This document shows positions 1 through 8,691 of a stretch of 64,000 nucleotides of DNA, in pieces. The notes beneath the pieces are model-generated. The model was not told the DNA's origin and did no database searches. It was given only the letters and a program-made list of their open reading frames with translations. Source of the DNA: Chloroflexota bacterium (GTDB taxonomy: Bacteria > Chloroflexota > UBA11872); contig OZ252016.1 in NCBI GenBank assembly GCA_965247475.1, positions 1,951,625 to 2,015,624 of the forward strand, read 5' to 3'. Both the position numbers and the translations under genes were made by a program. How positions within the stretch are numbered: the first letter of the stretch is position 1; every line of letters begins with the position of its first letter.

Positions 1-677
1 CGGCGCCAATCGTCGTCGTCGAACATAGTGTCGGCGGTAAACGCTCCGGTCAGCAAGCCGTGCGCGAGTGACCCGTAGGCCATGATTTCGATCCCGTGCT
101 CGCGGCAATACGGAATGATGTCGGCCTCGCGCCGGCGGTCGAGCTGGTGATAGCCGATCTGATCGGTGGCGATCGGCGCCGCGGCGACGAATGCCTCGAG
201 CCGATCGAGCGGCAGGTTGGAGACGCCCAGCTGCCGGACCTTGCCCTCGTCGACCAGCTCGCGCATCACGTCGGCCGTCTCTTCCACCGGCGTCTCGTAG
301 TCCGGCCAGTGATGGATGTAGATGTCGATGTAGTCGGTGTCGAGGTCACGCAAGCTGGCCTCGCAGTCCTCGCGGACCGATGCGCGACGGGAATCGCGAT
401 AGTACTTGCCCTGCCCCTCGTGCCAGCGGATGCCGAACTTGGTGGCGATCACGATCTGGTCTCGACGGCCCGTGAGCGCGCGCGCGAGCACTTGCTCCGA
501 ATGACCCATCCCGTAGCCGGCGGCCGTATCGAAGAGATTTACCCCGGCGTCCAGGGCGGCGTGAATGGCCCCAATCGATTCGTCGTCAACGACCGCGCCG
601 TACTTCTGAGCGCCCATCGGCCAGCCGCCGAAGCCGACGACCGACACCTCGCGGTCTCCAAGAGCTCGGTATTGCAT
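1..677 (-). CDS. Aldo/keto reductase (3' end runs off window)
   Basis: Manual translation from ATG 677: MQYRALGDREVSVVGFGGWPMG...NLFDTAAGYG.GHSE..L...IATKFG...SLRDLDTDYIDIYIHHWPD...GKVRQLGVSN, the AKR signature motifs. Not in the ORF track because it has no stop in the window. Confidence 0.92.
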   Translation of the reverse strand, partial: MQYRALGDREVSVVGFGGWPMGAQKYGAVVDDESIGAIHAALDAGVNLFDTAAGYGMGHSEQVLARALTGRRDQIVIATKFGIRWHEGQGKYYRDSRRASVREDCEASLRDLDTDYIDIYIHHWPDYETPVEETADVMRELVDEGKVRQLGVSNLPLDRLEAFVAAAPIATDQIGYHQLDRRREADIIPYCREHGIEIMAYGSLAHGLLTGAFTADTMFDDDDWR

Positions 678-883
678 GTGGAACGGCCTCGTTGCGGGGC
701 GCGCTGCGCAGCGTGACCCGCGGCTCACGGCGCGTCAAGTTCGGAACGCGGTTCACGCAACTCAGGGGCGAAGTGTGGCCTCGCATAGGCGCCGCTGGTA
801 GCATGGCGAACCGGTTCCGGCTGCGTGACGAACGCGGACGGGACCCCATTTCTCGATTCAACCAAGCGAGTTCGAGGACATCT

Positions 884-1474
884 GTGGCATTCGCGGTGAT
901 CGCCAGCGGCGGTAAGCAGTTTCGCGTCGCGCCCGGCGACGTGATCGACATCGAGCGCGTGGACGGGGCGACGCCGTCGATCACGTTCGCGGACGTGCTG
1001 CTCGTGTCGGACGAGAAGCAGGTCCAGGTCGGCACGCCGCTGGTTGCGGGCGCGGCCGTTCGCGGGACCGTGCTCGGCGAAGTGAAAGGCCGCAAGATCC
1101 GCATCCTGAACTACCAGCCCAAGAAGCGCCATCAGCGGCATATGGGCCACCGGCAACGGTACACGCGCGTTCGGATCGACGAGATCGACACCGCGGCGGC
1201 GCCGCCCCAGGCCACGGCTACGGCCGCGCCGAAGGCGCGGGCGGCGGCGAAGCCGGCCGCGAAGCCCACGGCGGCGGCCACGCCGCGCGCCAAGGCCACG
1301 CCGGCGGCGAAGCCGACCAGGCCCTTGGCCGCGGCCAAGGCAAAGGCAAAGGGCGGCGCGAAGGCCCGGGGCGTGGCAAAGGCAAAGGCGGCGCCCACAG
1401 GGAAGGGCAAGCCGGCGGCCAAGGCGAAGCCCAAGGGCAAGGCAAAGGCGAAACCCAAGACGACGGGGAGCTAG
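884..1474 (+). CDS. rplU: 50S ribosomal protein L21 with long Ala/Lys/Pro-rich C-terminal extension
   Basis: [13 protein letters not shown]...[10 protein letters not shown]...[22 protein letters not shown] is L21. Start placed at GTG 884 after GAGGA. Directly upstream of rpmA. Confidence 0.96.
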   Translation: MAFAVIASGGKQFRVAPGDVIDIERVDGATPSITFADVLLVSDEKQVQVGTPLVAGAAVRGTVLGEVKGRKIRILNYQPKKRHQRHMGHRQRYTRVRIDEIDTAAAPPQATATAAPKARAAAKPAAKPTAAATPRAKATPAAKPTRPLAAAKAKAKGGAKARGVAKAKAAPTGKGKPAAKAKPKGKAKAKPKTTGS

Positions 1475-1512
1475 ACGGCGCGGCAGCGCGCCGCTGAGAA
1501 GGACGCAGCGGA

Positions 1513-1767
1513 ATGGCACACAAGAAAGGTCTCGGCAGCTCCCGCAACGGGCGCGACAGCAACCCCAAGATGCTGGGGGTCAAGCGCTTCGCCGGCGAGC
1601 TTGTGGGCGTCGGTGAGATCCTGGTGCGGCAACGCGGCACGAGGCTGTTGCCGGGGCCAAACGTCGGCCTCGGCCGCGATCACACGCTGTTCGCGCTCAG
1701 CGACGGCCACGTCGTCTACGAGCGCGTCCGTGGACGCGTTCGCGTCCGGGTGGCCGCGCCCGCGTAG
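1513..1767 (+). CDS. rpmA: 50S ribosomal protein L27
   Basis: [24 protein letters not shown]...ILVRQRGT...[11 protein letters not shown]. Confidence 0.99.
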   Translation: MAHKKGLGSSRNGRDSNPKMLGVKRFAGELVGVGEILVRQRGTRLLPGPNVGLGRDHTLFALSDGHVVYERVRGRVRVRVAAPA

Positions 1768-1779
1768 CGCCGAGCGATT

Positions 1780-1855
1780 GGGCCGATAGCTCAGCTGGAA
1801 GAGCGCCGCACTCGCATTGCGGAGGTCGTGGGTTCGAATCCCATTCGGTCCACCA
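1780..1855 (+). tRNA. tRNA-Ala (anticodon CGC)
   Basis: 76 nt cloverleaf: acceptor GGGCCGA/TCGGTCC with G3:U70 Ala identity pair, anticodon arm CCGCA-CTCGCAT-TGCGG, GGTTCGAATCC T-loop, encoded CCA. Confidence 0.97.
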
Positions 1856-1906
1856 GACTGGACAAAATCAAGAACCTTCGTCTTGAGGTTCGTTCTGGAC
1901 CTATAG
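1850..1906 (+). repeat. 57-bp att-like repeat, copy 1 (overlaps tRNA 3' end)
   Basis: CCACCAGACTGGACAAAATCAAGAACCTTCGTCTTGAGGTTCGTTCTGGACCTATAG; contains dyad GAACCT-N8-AGGTTC. Confidence 0.85.
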
Positions 1907-2117
1907 TCATGCCTCGACCCCGACATCGGCGATCGATGGCACCCCACATGGTCCGAGGCTGCCTCACCCTTGGCATGAAGCCGAGTTTCTCTGTCCACTT
2001 TTGGTGATGCCTGGTGATTCCATATACGTAGAGCTATCATCCCGAACTCATCACCGATTAGACTGACAGGGCACACATCTTTGTCACCCCTTAGAAAACG
2101 GACGGAGGTATCGCGGA

Positions 2118-3044
2118 ATGCCAAAGGATTTCATCTCCTTTCTAGATTGGTCCGCAGACGATCTAAGCGATCTAGTGAAGGCTGCGCAGACGTTCCGCCG
2201 GTGGTGGGTAAAGAAGGAGTCTCCACCAGTACTCAAGGGGCGGCGCATTGCCCTGATGTGGGGTGCGACAGGCTTTCGAAACCGAGCTGCCTTCGAGTTG
2301 GGCATAGCCGAACTCGGTGGCATCCCAGTTGAGATTCCAGGCTCAATCGATGCGAGGGAACCTCTAGAAGATGTGGCGCGATACCTGGGAAACTGGTTCG
2401 ACGCTATCGTCGCAAGAACAGCGACCCACGAGCAAATGCTGAGGCTGGCACGTTCCGTTCGAGTTCCGGTGATAAATGCCAGAACTTCGTTTAACCACCC
2501 CTGCGAGATCCTAGGGGACTTGGCCTATGTCAGGGAACAGAGAGGCGACTTGAACGGCTTGCGTGTTGCATTCATTGGCGAGGCGACGAACCTCGGTCAC
2601 TCTTGGTTCGAGGCCGCAGCAAGATACCCAATACACGTCGTCCAAGTGTGCCCGGCGGGATATGAGGTCAAAGCCCAGTTCCTTCAAAGGATCGCTCGCG
2701 AGGCCGAAGGAGAAGTCGCCGTTTCTCAGGATATGCACTCAGCTATCGCTGATGCGGATGTGATCTATACCGACTGCTGGCCGGCTAGAGCAACCGACGA
2801 AGAGCACCAGAGGATAAGGGACTTGTTCCTCCCTTACCAGATCACGGAGGAGATCCTGCGGGCAAGTCCGCAGGACGCTCTCTTCCTTCCGTGTCCGCCC
2901 GTCCACAGGGGCGAGGAAGTGTCTGATGGCGCCATGAACTGGCCTGGCTGCCGTGTCTACGAGGCGAAAGAGTACCTGCTGCACGCGCAGAATGCCCTCC
3001 TAGTCTCGCTTCTCAACTACAGTGAGATGTCCCAGACTGTCTGA
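2118..3044 (+). CDS. Ornithine carbamoyltransferase-like transcarbamylase with atypical motifs
   Basis: KDFISFLDWS, ARYLGNWFDAIVAR, PVINA...HPCEILGDL, ADVIYTDCW, CPPVHRGEEV match the OTC/ATC family layout. Codon usage is visibly less GC-rich than the flanks. Confidence 0.85.
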   Translation: MPKDFISFLDWSADDLSDLVKAAQTFRRWWVKKESPPVLKGRRIALMWGATGFRNRAAFELGIAELGGIPVEIPGSIDAREPLEDVARYLGNWFDAIVARTATHEQMLRLARSVRVPVINARTSFNHPCEILGDLAYVREQRGDLNGLRVAFIGEATNLGHSWFEAAARYPIHVVQVCPAGYEVKAQFLQRIAREAEGEVAVSQDMHSAIADADVIYTDCWPARATDEEHQRIRDLFLPYQITEEILRASPQDALFLPCPPVHRGEEVSDGAMNWPGCRVYEAKEYLLHAQNALLVSLLNYSEMSQTV

Positions 3045-3246
3045 GGTCGGAGTAGGGAGGACAGGCCGGTTTCACCTTCGAGGGATCTGAGATCAATCAC
3101 GTGCTCCACGTGGGCCAAGTAGATGTATCTCTCGCCCTTGGGACGGGCGGCACCCTCTGCATCTTCGCTGGCGACATGTCTTCGGCGAGGCCATCGATCT
3201 GTCGCTAGCAGAGTTGGCCAGTCTGACATTGCTGGCGGGGCTCGCT

Positions 3247-3303
3247 CCACCAGACTTGACAAAATCGAGAACTTTCACGCTCGCGTTCCGGTCGGCGCTG
3301 TAG
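3247..3303 (+). repeat. 57-bp att-like repeat, copy 2
   Basis: CCACCAGACTTGACAAAATCGAGAACTTTCACGCTCGCGTTCCGGTCGGCGCTGTAG; 27/30 identical to copy 1 over the first 30 nt and colinear to CTRTAG. Confidence 0.85.
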
Positions 3304-3357
3304 GCAGAACCGGGCCGCGGAGATCGGTCTCGTCAGCGGCTCCGCCCCGTTGCCAAT

Positions 3358-4212
3358 CTAGTCACCCATCGCGGGCGACCAGTTGTAGATCCTCGCGAGC
3401 GTTCCGCCCATGAGTGCCGACCGCTCTGAATCCGAGAGCCGGTCGGTAACCCGGAACGCCTCGACGCCCTGCTCGTACGTCAAGAGCTCTACCGCTCGGG
3501 TCCAGTCGGTGCCCCACATGCATCGATCAAAGCCGAACGCGTCAAATACCCTGCCCAGGGGATCCCAGATGTCCGGGTACGGGAATGCCTGATGCGACAG
3601 GGTACAGGCCCCGGAAATCTTGATGGCTATGTTGCCGCATTCGGCCAACGACAGCACGTTGGCCAGGTCGGCAAACGGTTCCGGCTGCGCTGGCGGCTCA
3701 AAGGGCTGGACCAGACCCACATGATCGACCACCAACTGCGTGTCTGGATGGCGGCGAGCTAGCTCGCGTACAAGAGGCAGCCTGCCCCAACACATGAGAT
3801 TCACCGGAACGCCGGCCTGGGCGGCCGTGGCGAGTGCACGACTGAGACCTGGGTCGTCGGCGTCGAATGGCTGGGCCGTAAGCATGATGCGAACTCCCAC
3901 CACACCCGGCCTCCCGGTCCACTCAGCTATCTCGTCAGCGACCGATTTCGACTGCGGATCAAATGGCTTGATCAGGGCGAACCGGTCCGGGTGTTTCGCG
4001 TATACATCGAGCGCGTAGCTGGCATCGTAGCGATACAGCGAGAACGGCGAAACCAACAAGGCTCCGTCGACGCCGACTGCGTCCATCGCCGCCACCATAT
4101 CGTCGCCCGTGACCTCATCGGGACCCTGCAAGAATCCGGTCCAAGGACGTTCAGGGCGGTTGCGCTCGTAGGCATGTACTTGTGAGTCAATTGTGGGAGT
4201 CCGAGTCGCCAT
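3358..4212 (-). CDS. Amidohydrolase family 2 protein (lactonase/decarboxylase-like)
   Basis: IDSQVHAY, VVDHVG, NIAIKISG, FGFDRCMWGTDW motifs. Confidence 0.88.
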   Translation of the reverse strand: MATRTPTIDSQVHAYERNRPERPWTGFLQGPDEVTGDDMVAAMDAVGVDGALLVSPFSLYRYDASYALDVYAKHPDRFALIKPFDPQSKSVADEIAEWTGRPGVVGVRIMLTAQPFDADDPGLSRALATAAQAGVPVNLMCWGRLPLVRELARRHPDTQLVVDHVGLVQPFEPPAQPEPFADLANVLSLAECGNIAIKISGACTLSHQAFPYPDIWDPLGRVFDAFGFDRCMWGTDWTRAVELLTYEQGVEAFRVTDRLSDSERSALMGGTLARIYNWSPAMGD

Positions 4213-4494
4213 CGTCCTTCTCCTCGTGATTCATAGCTGTCGGGTTTGTGTGTGAGGTTCTACTCCAAAGATCCCGGGAGTTGTCGACTGGGACATATCA
4301 GTCTACACCTGAACCGGGCTGCTATTGGCAGACAAGGGTTGTGGCCAGCGACAAGCGGAGGTTTCCGGGGCCAGCTCAGTACATCCCTGCTATCGTCTGG
4401 TTGTATCTCGTAGTCTTGGCTCGAGTACTTCCGCCACTATGAAATCAACGGCCCAACCACCCACTGAGAGGTCCTGTCTACGGTCTCCATAGGC

Positions 4495-4551
4495 CCACCA
4501 AGCTACACAGAATCAAGATCCTTCGTGCGACGGTTCGGCCTCGCCCTGTAG
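4495..4551 (+). repeat. 57-bp att-like repeat, copy 3
   Basis: CCACCAAGCTACACAGAATCAAGATCCTTCGTGCGACGGTTCGGCCTCGCCCTGTAG; 26/32 identical to copy 1 over the first 32 nt, ungapped to CTGTAG, preceded by a degenerate tRNA-end-like CCATAGGCC. Confidence 0.75.
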
Positions 4552-4615
4552 ATGATGCGAGAGCTGCCGCAGGTGTCCGAGCCAGCGACCTCACCCACGC
4601 TGAGGCCGGCGCAAC

Positions 4616-5758
4616 TCACTGAGGAGTCGCGTCGATCCTCGATTCAATCTCATCGAGAAACGATGGGTCGTAGGTTTCATGGACGTGGTTGCTGTTCCAG
4701 AGGCCGGAGCGGCGAACACGCTCGCGGTCGCTGCAATGGCCGAGCCACTCCGTCGACGGCCCGTCGGCGGCAGGCCGGCGATAGCCGCTCAACAGTGCGA
4801 TGGCATTGCGTTCGATCAAACCGCGGTTGGACCCGGGGCCGGGGGCGTCGCTCACGTTCAGCCAGAGGAACGGCATCTGACCGATGTACTCGCTAACGCG
4901 GGTCTCGAGGTCCGCCTCGGCCTCGTTCACGGCAGCCCTGTCAACGCCCAGCCTCCGTGCGGCTTCGCCGGCGCTTCCGGCAACGCCCCACGACTCCGGC
5001 TGAGGGATGTCGTTTCGTTTGGCCTGGGCGATGCCCACGATCAGTCGGAAGATCGATCCGCGATGGTTCCCACCACCGGATCGGGAACTGCCGCGATGTT
5101 GAGACAGCCGATCCCACAACGTACTTCGCGAACCGCTCTTCAGCCCATGCGTGCCGACCCGAACGACCCGTGGCCCGCCGCCCGTCCCCGATCGGGCTTC
5201 ACCGCTCTCATGGAAGAAGTACACGCCGCGCGGCGGCCAGTTCATCCCGCGGCGGCAGTCTGCTAGGACCCTGGGGCCACCGATCCGCGCGGCGAGGCGG
5301 TCGAGCAGCTCGTAGAAGCGGATGGTGTCGGCGAGCCGATCAGCCCGAAGCTCGCTGGTCAACCAGCTCAACTGCTCGCCGATTCTCAAGCCTTGCATCG
5401 GGACGGAGACGACCAGACCACGACTTCGCAGCGACGGTGTCAGGAACTCGCGATAGCGTTGACCGGCCAGGAATACGACGGATCCGACGCCGTCCAGATG
5501 CGGCTCCAGTTGGGTCAGCACCTTAGCCGCCCAGCGGCGGCGGTCCGCCACCGGCATGGTGTTCAGGGTGAGATCGTACGGCGCGATCATCTCATCGGGC
5601 TGAACCAGGCCGTGTTTAGCGGATAGGACAAACCAGGGCCAACCCGTTCTGTCCGCATAGGCGCGGGCCTTGCGGAACCAGGGGGAGGTGTACAGGTCTC
5701 TCGCGGGTGCGGGCGACGACCGTTTCCGCCCCACGCAGGACACCAGGCAAAGGCTCAT
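4616..5758 (-). CDS. DUF6884-like domain fused to a putative GIY-YIG-like nuclease domain
   Basis: N-term LVSCVGRK...ARDLYTSPWFRKARAY...VLSAKHGLV...APYDLTL; C-term GVYFF...VVRVGT...LWDRLSQH. Start at ATG 5758 after GGAGG. Confidence 0.7.
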   Translation of the reverse strand: MSLCLVSCVGRKRSSPAPARDLYTSPWFRKARAYADRTGWPWFVLSAKHGLVQPDEMIAPYDLTLNTMPVADRRRWAAKVLTQLEPHLDGVGSVVFLAGQRYREFLTPSLRSRGLVVSVPMQGLRIGEQLSWLTSELRADRLADTIRFYELLDRLAARIGGPRVLADCRRGMNWPPRGVYFFHESGEARSGTGGGPRVVRVGTHGLKSGSRSTLWDRLSQHRGSSRSGGGNHRGSIFRLIVGIAQAKRNDIPQPESWGVAGSAGEAARRLGVDRAAVNEAEADLETRVSEYIGQMPFLWLNVSDAPGPGSNRGLIERNAIALLSGYRRPAADGPSTEWLGHCSDRERVRRSGLWNSNHVHETYDPSFLDEIESRIDATPQ

Positions 5759-5840
5759 TCGATGGGTGCCTCCTTCCGGCGCTCGGGCATACTCCCCTGT
5801 TCTCGAGTTCCGTCTCGCGGAGCCCGCTCTCAATCGTCTC

Positions 5841-5922
5841 GCCGGTGCTCGGTCTCCGTCCGGTTGCCGCGTGCCGCCTGCTGGCCACCACCGGCCTCGG
5901 CGGCTGCGGACGGCGCCTGGCG
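5841..5922 (+). repeat. Diverged 82-bp duplicate of the glycosyltransferase 3' region (8356-8437)
   Basis: Ungapped manual alignment gives 71/82 identity. Confidence 0.85.
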
Positions 5923-6032
5923 CGGCATGGGACCGGGCACGGTCGACGTGGGTCCCGCCACCCGTTCGCGGCGGTCGACGGTAGAGCGCGGTTCGCGAAA
6001 GCGCCCTGTATGCGCCCGAGCCGGATATGTTC

Positions 6033-6373
6033 CTGGCCCCCCGGCATCCGCCGGGGTGACGGGGTGGGGCCTGTCAAACCATCCACCCTGAGCCCTTCGA
6101 CAGGCTCAGGGTGGATGGGGGGATACGCGCGGGGGCGCCACGAGGCCCCTTCGATGGACTCAGGACAGGCCCTTCGACAGGCTCAGGACATGCTTTCGCC
6201 GGTCCGGGGGCCATCAGATTCCTCGCTCTGCTCGGCATGACGTTGAGGTTCATTTCGTCCTCGCGCAAACTCAGTCCACCCTCTGTCATCTCGAGCCTCC
6301 CACCTCGTCATCTCGAGCTGCCACCATGTCATGCTGAGCGGAGCGAAGGCTTGTGCTGAGGCTCTCGAAGGGA
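6033..6373. repeat. Composite intergenic palindromic repeat cluster (modules E, A, A, A, B and inverted copies)
   Basis: CTGGCCCCCCGGCATCCGCCGGGGTGACGG; CCTTCGACAGGCTCAGG x2 and CCTTCGATGGACTCAGG; GCCGGTCCG...AGATTCCTCGCTCTGCTCGGCATGAC; GTCATCTCGAGC x2. Confidence 0.8.
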
Positions 6374-6380
6374 TCACACG

Positions 6381-7190
6381 CTGATCGATCAGGCGCGCCT
6401 CGCGGGGCGCTGGTGGCGCTGGCTGACACTTGCCGCCCTGCTCGCCATCTGCGTGTGGGGCGCGCTAAGACTCGCGACTGCACCGTGGTACGTGCGCATC
6501 GCCGGACCCGTATCTGGCAGCTTCGCGGCCGGGCCGGTCAACCAGATTTTTTCGGCGGGTCAGACATTTGCCCAGGCGGGTGCGCCGGTCGCCAGAATCG
6601 ATCTCAAGCTCGCCCAGGACAGCTCCGAGAGCTCAGCCGAGGCTCTGGTTGAGATCCGGGAATCTGTGGCAGGCCGATCCCTGCGGTCGGGCTCGCTGCC
6701 ACTGCGCCGTGGGGTTTTCTGGTACGCACTGGAGTTTCCGCCGATCACGCAGGCCGAAAACGGCACCGGCGAACTCTACGTTGAGATTCGCACTCCGGAG
6801 AGCCCGGTCCTGAGCGACCGTGACCGCGTGGCTGTGTTCTACGAACAGGGTGACCGCTACGCAGACGGCCGCATGCACGCACGAGGCGAACCGGCCCGAC
6901 TCGATTGGGACCTTGCGTTTCGGATGTACCGCCCGGCGCAGCTGCGCGAGGCGCTCGCCGTGATCGACCGCTGGGGACTCGTAGGCGCCACTGCGCCGTG
7001 GGTCGTAGCGGCGGGTGCGGGCGCGGCCGGCGGCGCGGCGGGATGGCTGGTATGGCGCTGCGACCGCGCCGGGACGCGCCGCTGGTGGACACCGCTGCTC
7101 GTCGCGCTGGCGCTCCTCGCGCTGGCTCTGCACTTGCCAGACGCTGTGGCAAACCCGGCGATCGTCACGGTCCCAGTCGAGCTTCATTGA
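6381..7190 (+). CDS. Hypothetical membrane protein
   Basis: Frame is open from 6381 (first GTG at 6453; start uncertain). N-terminal hydrophobic anchor, soluble beta-rich middle, two C-terminal TM segments. Stop overlaps the next start. Confidence 0.6.
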   Translation: MIDQARLAGRWWRWLTLAALLAICVWGALRLATAPWYVRIAGPVSGSFAAGPVNQIFSAGQTFAQAGAPVARIDLKLAQDSSESSAEALVEIRESVAGRSLRSGSLPLRRGVFWYALEFPPITQAENGTGELYVEIRTPESPVLSDRDRVAVFYEQGDRYADGRMHARGEPARLDWDLAFRMYRPAQLREALAVIDRWGLVGATAPWVVAAGAGAAGGAAGWLVWRCDRAGTRRWWTPLLVALALLALALHLPDAVANPAIVTVPVELH

Positions 7191-8530
7191 TCGTACCGGC
7201 GGCGCGCAGCCCCCTCCCGGGGCTGGTCGTGCTCGCCCTGGGGGTAGCGACTGTCTGGCTGGTGCTGACACCATTCGCCTGGGACAACGACGAGCAGGGT
7301 CACTACTGGACGGCGCGTGACATCTACACGGACGGCCACCTGCCGTCCGCCGCCGATTTCCCGTCGATCATCGTTCCTCAGGCTCCGCGCGAAGGGGCCG
7401 GCCTGTTCCGCTACCACGCCCTGCCGCCTACCTATTACATGGTGCTGGCCGGTCTGTTCAACTGGCAGCCGGGCACCGACGCAGGCCTATTCCCCGGGGT
7501 TCTGATCGGGCGTGCCTTCTCGGCCCTGCTGTACGTGGTTGCGGTGGTCGCCGCGTACCGGATGGCCTGGTTACTCACGGGTGAGGATGAGCGCACGGCG
7601 GGGTTTCTGGCGGCGGCGTTTGCGCTCATTCCGCAGGTTGCGTCCACCGGCGCCTCGATCACGGCCGACGCGTTCGCGCTGGCGTCGATCAGCGTCCTGG
7701 GCTGGGCGAGCGCGAGGGCTGCCTCGCGCGGATGGGATCGATCGTCGGTAGCCATGGTTGGATTGGCCGCCGCTTTGGTGCTGATGAGCCGGCCAACCGC
7801 CATGCCAATGTTGATTTTTCCGGCGGTGTTACTGGCGATTCATGCGGGACGCAGCGCGCGACGCTGGCTTACCAAAGGCACGACGATCGCGGCCTTGGCG
7901 ATCATTCCCAACCTCTGGTGGATGGTCCGAAGCCTGGCGCTGTTCGGTGAGCCGTTTGGGTCGACCGCGCACGTGCGCGCCATGGCCGAGCAGGGCATCT
8001 ACACAGCCTCGAATGAGTTTAGTCGGTACAAAGCCACGGAAGCCGGCCTGGACGGTTTGCATGACCTTCTCTTTTCCACCGACTGGCTGCTGCGCTTCCA
8101 TACCCGCATGTGGTTCACCGGTCGGTACGAGCAACTGGGCTTGGTGGGCTGGGCGCTGGTCGGCAGCCTGGCGCTTGGGGTAGGGATCGCTCTCGTAGTC
8201 GCGCTCCGGACGACCCGGCCCGACGCCTCCAGATTGCCTGCGGCGGCGGCCCGTGTGAGCCCGCTGACGCTCTTGGCCGTGCTGGCCGCGTCCGCCACTA
8301 TCCCGGCGCTCATGAGCTTGGAGTACGGGGCCTTCGTGGTCGGCCGGTTCTCGACGCCGGTGCTCGGCCTCTTTCTGATTGCCGCGTTCGGCCTGCTGGC
8401 CGCCACGGGCCTCGGCGGCTGGGGACGGCGTCTGGCGGCGGCCTTTGCCGCTCTGATGGCCGTTACGCATCTCCTCTTCTGGGTCGGATTCCTGCTTCCG
8501 GACCTGGCCCTGGAAGTACTGCCGACATGA
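7187..8530 (+). CDS. GT-C fold glycosyltransferase (ArnT/PMT, family 39-like)
   Basis: Multi-TM protein with WDNDEQGH acidic motif after TM1, YHALPPTYY, GRAFSALL, ITADAFA. TTG start overlaps the upstream TGA. Confidence 0.75.
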   Translation: MIVPAARSPLPGLVVLALGVATVWLVLTPFAWDNDEQGHYWTARDIYTDGHLPSAADFPSIIVPQAPREGAGLFRYHALPPTYYMVLAGLFNWQPGTDAGLFPGVLIGRAFSALLYVVAVVAAYRMAWLLTGEDERTAGFLAAAFALIPQVASTGASITADAFALASISVLGWASARAASRGWDRSSVAMVGLAAALVLMSRPTAMPMLIFPAVLLAIHAGRSARRWLTKGTTIAALAIIPNLWWMVRSLALFGEPFGSTAHVRAMAEQGIYTASNEFSRYKATEAGLDGLHDLLFSTDWLLRFHTRMWFTGRYEQLGLVGWALVGSLALGVGIALVVALRTTRPDASRLPAAAARVSPLTLLAVLAASATIPALMSLEYGAFVVGRFSTPVLGLFLIAAFGLLAATGLGGWGRRLAAAFAALMAVTHLLFWVGFLLPDLALEVLPT

Positions 8531-8587
8531 TGGACGAGCGGCCGCGTTATCCGCCCGGAGGAGTCGATGCGCGGCTGCGGTGCGGCG

Positions 8588-8686
8588 ACCATGAGATTCC
8601 CTTCGATGGACTCAGAGCAGGCTCTCGGCTTCGCCTCGGAATGACACCGCCTGATGGCGACATCCCCACCTGAAGGTCGGGCCACC
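8588..8686. repeat. Intergenic repeat cluster (A module nested in B module, plus D module)
   Basis: ATGAGATTCC-CTTCGATGGACTCAG-...CTTCGCCTCGGAATGACA and CCCCACCTGAAGGTCGGGCCACC. Confidence 0.75.
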
Positions 8687-8691
8687 TGGCA

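Noticed and set aside
692-883. 64-aa N-terminal extension of L21 in the ORF track
   Set aside because: L21 homology starts at GTG 884, which has an RBS; the upstream part is intergenic.
1850-4551. Classical integron attC sites
   Set aside because: Repeats begin with the tRNA CCA end and lack the RYYYAAC...GTTRRRY end boxes; no intI in the window. Kept as att-like repeats instead.
8527-8673. Short ORF starting at the glycosyltransferase stop
   Set aside because: Mostly encoded by the B/A/D repeat cluster, so probably not a gene.
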